Of a stretch of DNA of 46,305 nt, positions 39,401-46,305 are shown piece after piece; positions within the stretch are counted from its first letter, which is position 1; every line of letters begins with the position of its first letter. The DNA is from a bacterium (GTDB taxonomy: Bacteria; JADJOY01). The translations under genes were made by a program, and so were the position numbers. The stretch covers positions 1 to 46,305 of the forward strand of contig JAXLQJ010000058.1 of the NCBI GenBank assembly GCA_046331705.1, read 5' to 3'. The notes beneath the pieces were generated by a model. It worked only from the letters and a program-made list of their open reading frames with translations. It was not told the DNA's origin and made no database searches.

Positions 39401-42044
39401 GAGCATCGCCATCACCGCCTACCGCCACGAGGGAAAGCAGATCCACGTGGTGGCCACCCACGCCGAGTACACGGCCTTCCCGCACGCCATCTCCCGCCTC
39501 GCGCCGATCCTCGCCGAGCTCCCCGCCGGCGAGGACGTGGTGGTCGATCTCTACGGCTGGCGCGCCGCCGCGCTCCGGGACCCGGAGTCGACGGCCGCCG
39601 AGCTCACCGAGTGGATCGGCAAGCTCGCGCTCGATCGCCCGCTCCGGCGACTCGTCGTGGTGCTCGGCGGTCGAGGCGAGGGCCGCGGCCTCGCGAGCGT
39701 CCAGCACTTCACGTTCCGCCCTGGCGCGGACGGCTACGGCGAGGAGCGAGTCCATCGGGGCATGCACCCCATGATGGGCAAGCGCATGCAGCTCTGGCGG
39801 CTCGCGAACTTCGACATCGAGCGGCTGCCTTCGGTCGAGGACGTCTACCTGTTTCGCGGCGTGGCGCGCACGAACCCCAAGGACGAACGGCTCTTCGCCA
39901 TCGCCGAGGTTCGCGACCTGACACCCGTCCGCGACGCGACGGGTCGCGTGACCCACCTTCCCTACCTCGAGCGCATGCTCATGGAAGCGCTCGCCGGCAT
40001 CCGCCGCTTCCAGGGGCAGCGCCCGCCACGCGAGCGGCTCTTCTGGAATCGCGTGCTGCTCTACGTTCGGCCGCTGCTCGATCTCTCCGTGGAGGATCTG
40101 AGCACCGTCGTGCACGCGCTCGCACCCGCCACCCAGGGCCTCGGACTGGAGCAGGTCGTGGTGCAGGCGACCATTCCGGATCCGGTGACGCGCGAACCGC
40201 TCGATCGCGTGATCCGAATCTCGAATCCGCGTGGCGCCGGCTTGAGCATCACCACGGGGCCGGTGCCGCTGCGTCCGCTCCAGCCGCTCAGCGAGTACGA
40301 CCAGAAGGTCGTGCGCATGCGCCAGCGCGGGCTCGCCTATCCCTACGAGGTGATCCGGATGCTGACGCCGCCACGCGATTCGGCGGCGGCGGAGCTGCCG
40401 CCCGGCGAGTTCACGGAGCACGACCTCGACGAGAGCGGCGAGCGCTTGGTCCCCGTCGAGCGGCAGCCCGGGCGGAACTCGGCGAACGTGGTGGTCGGCG
40501 TGATCCGCAACTTCACCGCCGAGTACCCGGAGGGCGTGACCCGGGTGATCGCCCTCGGCGATCCCAGCAAGGCGATGGGCGCCGTCGCCGAGCCGGAGTG
40601 CCGGCGCATCAACGCGGCGCTGGCGCTGGCACGCGAGCTCGGCGTGCCGTTCGAGTGGTTCCCGATCTCCGCCGGCGCCAAGATCTCGATGGAAAGCGGC
40701 ACGGAGAACATGGACTGGATCGCGCTCACGCTGCGCCGCCTGATCGAGTTCACGCAGGCCGGCGGCGAGGTGAACGTGGTCGTCAACGGCATCAACGTGG
40801 GCGCCCAGCCGTACTGGAATGCCGAGGCGACGATGCTGCTGCACACCCGCGGCATCCTGGTCATGACGCCGCAGGCGGCGATGGTGCTGACCGGCAAGCA
40901 GGCGCTCGACTACTCCGGCAGCGTCTCCGCCGAGGACAACTTCGGCATCGGCGGCTACGAGCGAATCATGGGGCCGAACGGCCAGGCCCAGTATTGGGCG
41001 CGCGACGTCGGGGAGGCGGCACAGATCCTGCTGCGCCATTACCAGCACACCTACGTCGCCCCCGGCGAGCGATTCCCGCGCCGCGCGGCGACCCACGACC
41101 CGCTCGATCGAGACGTGTGCGCGTCGCCGCATCCCCCCGTCGAAGGATCGCCGTTCGTGCGTGTCGGCGAGATCTTCGCCGCGGACAAGAACCCCGATCG
41201 CAAGCTTCCCTTCGACATCCGCAGCGTGATGCAGGCGGTGATCGACGCCGATCACCCGCCCCTCGAGCGTTTCGGGGCGATGCGCGACGCCGAGATCGGC
41301 GTGGTGTGGGACAGCCACCTGGGCGGCTTTCCGGTGTGCCTGATCGGCATCGAGTCGCATCCGTTGCCGCGGCTCGGCTTCCTGCCCGCCGACGGACCGG
41401 AGAAGTGGACCGCGGGGACGCTCTTCCCGCGCTCCTCCAAGAAGATCGCGCGCGCCATCAACACCGCCAGCGGCAACCGGCCGGTGGTCATCCTCGCGAA
41501 TCTCTCGGGCTTCGACGGCTCGCCCGAGTCGATGCGCGAGATGCAGCTCGAGTACGGCGCCGAGATCGGACGCGCGGTGGTGAACTTCCGCGGCCCCATG
41601 GTGTTCTGCGTCGTGTCCCGCTACCACGGCGGCGCTTACGTGGTGTTCTCCGGCTGGCTGAACGAGAACCTGGAAGTCGCGGCGGTGGAGGGCTCGTTCG
41701 CGTCGGTGATCGGCGGCGCGCCGGCCGCCGCCGTGGTCTTCGCCGGCGACGTCGAGGCGCGCGCCCGCCGCGACGGTCGCGTGGTGGCGCTCGAGGAGCG
41801 CATCGCCGCCGCCGACGGCGCCGAGAAAGCACGCCTGCGCGCGCAGCTCGACACCCTCTACCGCAGCGTCCACTCGGAGAAGCTCGGCGAGGTTGCCGCC
41901 GAGTTCGACGGAATCCACAGCATCCAGCGCGCGCTCGCCGTCGGCTCGCTCGATCGCATCCTGCCACCCAGCGAGCTCAGGCCCTATCTGATCGATGCCG
42001 TCGAGCGAGGCATCCAGCGCGCCAGCGAAGGAGCACCGCGATGA
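36456..42044 (+). CDS. Single-chain multidomain acetyl/acyl-CoA carboxylase (BC-BCCP-central region-CT), 1862 aa
   Basis: BC 'GGGGRG', 'RDCTIQRRHQK', 'EVNTRMQVEHPVTE'; biotin site 'EAMKM' (Lys codon 38346); CT-like 'SAGAKI', 'ANLSGFDGS', 'GGAYVV'. Confidence 0.9.
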   Translation: MSRDFTRIAILDRAEPAMRFLHAARELSREAPDSPPLVTLAFHTEPDRGAPFVRRCDEAYDLGSAAFVDEHDGRRKSRYLDYARLTRAFRETGAEAAWVGWGVIAEQVEFAELCEHLGIVFIGPPSHAMRVLGDKIEAKRIAERCGIPVVPWSAGAVETLDEARTHAERLGYPLLFKSRAGGGGRGIRRIERPDQLAEGFERARREAALAVGDPTVFLERAVEGARHVEVQIVADAHGHTWAVGVRDCTIQRRHQKLIEEGPSPVLAEEQDRALRAMAKRIATAAGYENAGTVEFLYDPASRRFTFLEVNTRMQVEHPVTELTTGLDLVKLQVQISRGLVLDGEPPPCTGHAIEVRLNAEDPARGFAPAPGEVVAFRAANGPGIRVDAGVTEGTVVTSDFDPMLAKLIAWGRDRNEALARVERALAETVVLLRGGATNRSFLMGLLAHEGFREASMDSGWVDRNAALILEPPARLAELALIQAALAVYETELARERKDFYRAAARGRPRVREQIGYVADLRLRGQSYKLAVHQLEPNLYRVEVGGRSLEVAVELASGFERWLVCAGRRHRVVSLVDDDHLLVEIEGTMHHIARDDAGVVRAPSPAVVLEVSVEVGQRVRTGERLAVLEAMKMEAPVLAPMAGRVRQVMVIANLQVNAGTPLVVLEPVERAETEETRGRLSFELLRAESGGSADLATRCLRNLDTTRRLMLGYDVDPSEAKRLSTERPLLCRDASGGIERLLAREDEILSIFADLRSLFRREPPSERPDAAEAPRSEEYLFTFVRSLDRAGRELPPAFQERLRRALAHYGCTSLAPAPALDDALVRIFKSRQRLEAQAQVVLRILEERLHRITELRALATDGFRGVLDDLIAVSQSASPAVADVAREVRFRFFDEPLFEAARAQVYAEMEDHLARLVAEPAAADRAARIAALVHCPQPLVGVFANRLAGAELPLRQLMLEVLTLRYYRIRDVAPVLCCDRDGTSIAITAYRHEGKQIHVVATHAEYTAFPHAISRLAPILAELPAGEDVVVDLYGWRAAALRDPESTAAELTEWIGKLALDRPLRRLVVVLGGRGEGRGLASVQHFTFRPGADGYGEERVHRGMHPMMGKRMQLWRLANFDIERLPSVEDVYLFRGVARTNPKDERLFAIAEVRDLTPVRDATGRVTHLPYLERMLMEALAGIRRFQGQRPPRERLFWNRVLLYVRPLLDLSVEDLSTVVHALAPATQGLGLEQVVVQATIPDPVTREPLDRVIRISNPRGAGLSITTGPVPLRPLQPLSEYDQKVVRMRQRGLAYPYEVIRMLTPPRDSAAAELPPGEFTEHDLDESGERLVPVERQPGRNSANVVVGVIRNFTAEYPEGVTRVIALGDPSKAMGAVAEPECRRINAALALARELGVPFEWFPISAGAKISMESGTENMDWIALTLRRLIEFTQAGGEVNVVVNGINVGAQPYWNAEATMLLHTRGILVMTPQAAMVLTGKQALDYSGSVSAEDNFGIGGYERIMGPNGQAQYWARDVGEAAQILLRHYQHTYVAPGERFPRRAATHDPLDRDVCASPHPPVEGSPFVRVGEIFAADKNPDRKLPFDIRSVMQAVIDADHPPLERFGAMRDAEIGVVWDSHLGGFPVCLIGIESHPLPRLGFLPADGPEKWTAGTLFPRSSKKIARAINTASGNRPVVILANLSGFDGSPESMREMQLEYGAEIGRAVVNFRGPMVFCVVSRYHGGAYVVFSGWLNENLEVAAVEGSFASVIGGAPAAAVVFAGDVEARARRDGRVVALEERIAAADGAEKARLRAQLDTLYRSVHSEKLGEVAAEFDGIHSIQRALAVGSLDRILPPSELRPYLIDAVERGIQRASEGAPR

Positions 42045-42835
42045 GCTCGGCGACGACGACGGTGCGCTATTGGTCCTGCCCGGCGAGCGACGTTCCCGCC
42101 CACGACGAGTGGCTCGCGCCGTTCGAGCGCGACGCGTTGCGACGCTTCCGCGCACCGAAACGCCGCGCGGACTGGCGACTGGGGCGGTTCACGGCCAAGC
42201 GTGCGGTGGCGATGACGCTGGCCCCCGACGCGCCTCCTCCACGCTCGATCGAGATTCGCGCCGCCGCGAGCGGCGCACCCGAGGCCTGGCGCGAGGGACG
42301 CCGTTTGCCCTTGCGCATGTCGCTGAGCCACAGCGCCGGTCTCGCGATCTGCGCCGTCGCCACCCCCGAGTGGCGCCTCGGCTGCGATCTGGAGCGCATC
42401 GAGCCGCGCGCGCCGGTCTTCGAGCGCGATTTCTTCACCGACCGCGAGCAACGCTGGCTGGCGCCCGTGACCAGCGCCAACGCCCGGGCCGCATGGCTCA
42501 CCCTGCTGTGGAGCGCGAAGGAGAGCGCGTTCAAGGCGATCGGCGAGGGGTTGAGGCTCGACACCCGCAGTGTCGAGCTGCGCGCGCTCGCGCCAGCCGA
42601 CGAGGAATCCCCCGCGCCGCCCCCTCGAGACGACGACGGACGTGATTCCCACGGCGCGGTCGCGCACGCGCGGCTGCTCGCCGAGCGGCGCACTCCCGGC
42701 ACCGAGTGGGAACGCTTCGTCCTCGCGGACGCCGAGCGAGCCTGCTCTTGGTTCGGATGGTGGAAGACCGACGGCGACTGGGCGATGACCGTCGTCACCA
42801 GCGAGCGTGCGCCCGCGCCGGTTCTGCTCGGGTGA
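42041..42835 (+). CDS. Sfp-type 4'-phosphopantetheinyl transferase
   Basis: 'KRRADWRLGR', 'SLSHS', 'GCDLE', 'WSAKESAFKA'; ATG overlaps the carboxylase stop (ATGA). Confidence 0.9.
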   Translation: MSSATTTVRYWSCPASDVPAHDEWLAPFERDALRRFRAPKRRADWRLGRFTAKRAVAMTLAPDAPPPRSIEIRAAASGAPEAWREGRRLPLRMSLSHSAGLAICAVATPEWRLGCDLERIEPRAPVFERDFFTDREQRWLAPVTSANARAAWLTLLWSAKESAFKAIGEGLRLDTRSVELRALAPADEESPAPPPRDDDGRDSHGAVAHARLLAERRTPGTEWERFVLADAERACSWFGWWKTDGDWAMTVVTSERAPAPVLLG

Positions 42836-43261
42836 TCGAGCCGCAACGCGGCGTAGCCAGCCGGCCGCAACCGAGCGACGGACGCGCGACGAACCGGCTC
42901 GCGCACCCGACCGTGGCCGGGTGCGCGTCGCAGCGACGAGCGGTGCGACGGCCCGAATCCGTTACCCCTCGGTAGTCGGCGGACGTCGCGCGAGCGGGAT
43001 CCCGTCACCGTCCGCGCAGCGGCGGCGCGCCGTCGCCGAGCCGCCTGGGGACCGTTCGCCGTCGTGACCCGCCGAGAGTGTTGAGCAAGCGGCGACCGCG
43101 CTGGCGGGCGCGCGGACCTCCGGACGGTTCACGGCTCACGGCGTCGTGCTTGCTCCAGCACCACGTAGCCGGTCGCGGGACGGGATCCGTCCCTGGTCGT
43201 ACCGGAACGTGGGGCGTTCCCGTTCGCCTCCCATCGGGTTGCCGGCTTCGGGAGCTCGTCC

Positions 43262-44533
43262 ATGAGACCCGTGGAAACGCGTGGGCGCGTGCTCGGACGG
43301 TCGCTGGTGACCGCGCTCGCGAGCGCGGTGTGGATCCTCGCGGGCTGTCCGCCCACCGACGTCGATCCATGCCTCCACCAGGTGTCGAGCGATGGCTTCG
43401 GCGATGCGAAGAATCGCTACGCCTGGTCGATGAAGGAGTTCGCCTCCACGCTCTACGTCGGCACCCTCAACACCATCGACGCCAGCGCCACGCCGGATGG
43501 GGAGCCGCTCGCGACCGCCCCCGGCGACCCGCGCGACGCCACCGAGGGCACACAGATCTGGCGCTTCGACGGCACGGCGTGGACCAACGTCGTGAGCGCG
43601 GGCTTCGGCGATCTCGGCAACGAGGGCGCGCGCAACCTCGAGGTGTTTCGCGGTGCGCTCTACGCGGGAACGCTCAACGTGACCACCGGCGCCGAGGTCT
43701 GGCAGAGCGACGACGGGCTCGCGTGGACACAGGTCAATCCCGACGGCTTCGGCAACCCCGCCAACACCTCGGTTCGAGGCATGACGGTGTGGCGCGACCG
43801 GCTGTGGGTCGGCACCGTCAACCAGCAGGGCGCCGAGGTTTGGTCGTACGACGGCACCACCTGGACGAACGCCGCCGCAGGCGGCATCGGCGACCCGACC
43901 AACGACACCGTGGCCGACCTCTTCGCCTTCGAGGACCGCCTCTACGCGGGGACCTGGAACGAGGGCGGCGCCCAGCTGCATCGCTTCGACGGCACGAGCT
44001 GGGAGCAGCTGGTGGGTCCGACCGCCGCTCTTGGGCCGGGCTTCGGCGACGCGGCGAACACCGGCATCTTCACCATCCTCGACTTCCACGGCGCCCTCTA
44101 CGTGAGCACCCGAAACTTCGTCGAGGGATTCTCGGTCTGGCGTTCCGCGGACCTGGGCGCAACCTGGCAGCGAGTCGTGGCCAACGGCTTCAGCGACCCG
44201 CGCCAGCGCTATGGCTGGCGCATGCACGTCCACGATGGCCAGCTCTACCTCGGCACCTGGGTGAGCACCACCGGCAGCGACGCGTTTCGCGTCGGCGGCC
44301 GGCTCTACCGGACGAGCGATGGCACCAGCTGGGTCCAGGAGGTCGGCCCGTTCGGAACGCTCGCGCCACCCGGCATCGGCGACGATCTCAACTACGGCAT
44401 TCGCACCTTCGAGAGCTTCCAGGGCAGCCTGCACATCGGCACGGCCCAGTGCTTCTTCTGCGACTTCCCCGTCACCGGCCTCGAGGTGTGGAGACGCGAC
44501 TCGAGCTGTCCGGGCTCGAGCCCGACGGGCTGA
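43262..44533 (+). CDS. Secreted lipoprotein with ~50-aa repeats, probable beta-propeller
   Basis: Lipobox 'ILAGC'; repeats of LYxGT..G.xxW...G..W..V..xGFG(D/N). Confidence 0.75.
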   Translation: MRPVETRGRVLGRSLVTALASAVWILAGCPPTDVDPCLHQVSSDGFGDAKNRYAWSMKEFASTLYVGTLNTIDASATPDGEPLATAPGDPRDATEGTQIWRFDGTAWTNVVSAGFGDLGNEGARNLEVFRGALYAGTLNVTTGAEVWQSDDGLAWTQVNPDGFGNPANTSVRGMTVWRDRLWVGTVNQQGAEVWSYDGTTWTNAAAGGIGDPTNDTVADLFAFEDRLYAGTWNEGGAQLHRFDGTSWEQLVGPTAALGPGFGDAANTGIFTILDFHGALYVSTRNFVEGFSVWRSADLGATWQRVVANGFSDPRQRYGWRMHVHDGQLYLGTWVSTTGSDAFRVGGRLYRTSDGTSWVQEVGPFGTLAPPGIGDDLNYGIRTFESFQGSLHIGTAQCFFCDFPVTGLEVWRRDSSCPGSSPTG

Positions 44534-44551
44534 GCCGCCCCGAGCGCGGGG

Positions 44552-45715
44552 TCACACGCGCACGCGCTGATTCGCCGCCAGCAGCTCCGAGGGATAGCGC
44601 ACACCGCGCCACACGATGCCGCCCACGCGCCAGCCGACGAACGCAGCGCGCAGCACCATCCAGCTCATCCCCAGACACGCGAGCGGCGCCAGCCACGCCC
44701 CGCTTCGGGAGCGTCCGGTCACGCGGCTCGCGAGCGCCACGCTCGCCATCCACGCCGCTTCGCCGAGGATCGTGAGCGCGTGCTCGGCGAGGGACGCCGG
44801 CGCCAACAGCGCGCACGGCAAGAGCCCGATCCACGCGAACACGCCGGCGAGCCCGAGCATGCGCGGCACCGAGAAGCGTCCCAGGATCGCGAACAGATTC
44901 TTCTGCATCGCCACCCGCATCTCGCGGAAGCTCGCATACCATTCGAGCGTCACCACGCCACGGGCGTTCACGATGTCGCAGCGCCCACCGTGCGATTTGA
45001 CGAGGAGGCAGAGCCCGAAATCGTCGGCGACCTCGAGCTTGAGCCATTCGAAGCCGGGGGTGCGCGCCAGCGCCGCGCGCCGCACCAGGATGAAGGCGCC
45101 CGTCGCCGCCACCGCCGGCGAGCGCGGGTCGCGAACCCGCTCGAGCCGACCGCCCACGCTCAGGATGGCCAGCGAGAGGCCGAAGATCGCGCCCGACAAA
45201 CGGCCCGCGGACTCGATCGTCGGCACCACCGTCAGCAGATCGAGCCCGTGGTGCTCGGCCTCGGCCACCGCCTGGCGCAACGCGCTCGGCGCCAGGTGCA
45301 CGTCGGCGTCCATGAACAACAACCACTCGCCGTCGCTCGCGTCGACACCCCGCGCGAGCGCGTTGAGCTTGCCGAGCCAGCCGGCAGGCAGCTCGCGAAC
45401 GTGCTCGACCACCACTCGCTCGTCCTCGCGGGCGAGCGAATCCAGGATCTCGCCGGTCCGATCCGAGGAGCGGTCGTCGATCGCGATCAGCTCGAGATCG
45501 GGATAGTCGACGCCGAGGATGCTGCGCAGCGCGAGCTCGACGTGTCGTTCCTCGTTGCAGGCCGGCGACACGATCGAGACGCGCGGCCACGACGCGAGAT
45601 CCGGCGTCACGTCGGCGAGACACCGGAGTCTCGCCAACCCTCGCCACGTCGCTCCGAGCACGTAGAACGCGACCAGGCTCGGCGGCAGGACGAAGGCGAG
45701 GTGGGCAGCGTGCAC
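44552..45715 (-). CDS. Family 2 glycosyltransferase, membrane-associated
   Basis: 'VSIVSPACNEE', 'DDRSSD', 'GWLGK', 'DADV', 'VADD'; N- and C-terminal TM segments. Confidence 0.88.
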   Translation of the reverse strand: MHAAHLAFVLPPSLVAFYVLGATWRGLARLRCLADVTPDLASWPRVSIVSPACNEERHVELALRSILGVDYPDLELIAIDDRSSDRTGEILDSLAREDERVVVEHVRELPAGWLGKLNALARGVDASDGEWLLFMDADVHLAPSALRQAVAEAEHHGLDLLTVVPTIESAGRLSGAIFGLSLAILSVGGRLERVRDPRSPAVAATGAFILVRRAALARTPGFEWLKLEVADDFGLCLLVKSHGGRCDIVNARGVVTLEWYASFREMRVAMQKNLFAILGRFSVPRMLGLAGVFAWIGLLPCALLAPASLAEHALTILGEAAWMASVALASRVTGRSRSGAWLAPLACLGMSWMVLRAAFVGWRVGGIVWRGVRYPSELLAANQRVRV

Positions 45716-45804
45716 GCGGCGGCTCCTGCGGGTGAACGAGGGGAGGCGAGCGTCTTACCCCGGACCGCCGAGAGGCGCCACCCGGGGTTGGCGCGCGCGA
45801 GCGC

Positions 45805-46305
45805 TCACTCGCCGCGGCGCTCGGCCCGGAGCAGCGCCAGCTCGGCCTCGAGGGCGCGGATCCGCTCGTCGCGCTCGGCCAGCGCGCGCGCCACGTCGGC
45901 CGCCTCGAATCGCTGGGGGATGTGCTGCGGGCAGTTGGCATCCCAAGCCGTGACGCGGATCACGATCGCTTGCTCGGGATGGGCGGCGTAGCCCTGCGGG
46001 GTGAGCCGGGCCAGCAGCGCGGGATCGTCCTCGACCACCCGCGCCTCGCCCCAGATCTTCACGCGGCTGCGATTCGCGTAGTCGATCAGGAACAGATGGA
46101 CCTTCGGGTTCTCGGTGAGGTTGCCCTGGCTCACGTATTGGCGATTGCCTCGGAAATCGGCGAACGCGAGGGTGCGCGGATCGAGAACGTGGAGAAATCC
46201 CGGTGGTCCGCCGCGATGCTGGACGTAGGGCTGGCCGCGCGCGCTGGCGGTGGCCAGGAAGAAGCTGGTCTGCGCGGCGATGAACGCGGCGAGATCGTCG
46301 TCGAT
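45805..46305 (-). CDS. Pyridoxamine 5'-phosphate oxidase-family FMN-binding protein (5' end outside the window)
   Basis: 'SFFLATASARGQPYVQHRGGPPGFLHVLD..LAFADFRGNRQY', 'LFLIDY', 'DANCPQHI'. Confidence 0.85.
   Translation of the reverse strand: MDDDLAAFIAAQTSFFLATASARGQPYVQHRGGPPGFLHVLDPRTLAFADFRGNRQYVSQGNLTENPKVHLFLIDYANRSRVKIWGEARVVEDDPALLARLTPQGYAAHPEQAIVIRVTAWDANCPQHIPQRFEAADVARALAERDERIRALEAELALLRAERRGE

Noticed and set aside
42961-42971. 11-mer gttacccctcg shared with the minus strand at about 24745-24755, both in intergenic DNA
   Set aside because: Only two copies and short enough to arise by chance; no further supporting context.
42836-43261. Possible small gene or structured RNA between the PPTase and the lipoprotein
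   Set aside because: No convincing ORF, terminator or recognisable RNA motif.

Overview
High-GC (roughly 70%, judged by eye) bacterial DNA from a diderm organism (it encodes a TonB-dependent receptor ending in Phe). Gene content is reminiscent of Myxococcota/Binatia-like uncultured lineages, but taxonomy cannot be fixed from this window. The left half is a lipid/CoA-metabolism neighbourhood: an MMPL/RND transporter with a divergent AraC regulator, SDR, amidohydrolase, geranylgeranyl-reductase-like flavoprotein, acyl-CoA dehydrogenase, enoyl-CoA hydratase and WS/DGAT. It also holds a TBDR + solute-binding protein + hybrid histidine kinase module, a Thr-type sulfatase-like protein, an arginase-like protein, an ArsR/BNR-propeller/MoaD unit and several collapsed gene relics. 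The standout is a self-contained 17 kb four-gene operon (25940-42835): acyl-CoA dehydrogenase; a PfaA-like type I synthase (KS-AT-KS-ACPx4-KR-DH, no recognisable ER, one probable 1-nt frameshift); a single-chain eukaryote-style acetyl/acyl-CoA carboxylase; and an Sfp-type PPTase. All four ACPs carry Thr (LGIDTVKQ) where the phosphopantetheine-accepting Ser is expected. This looks like a non-canonical fatty-acid/polyketide synthesis system. No rRNA, tRNA, CRISPR array or mobile element was seen.
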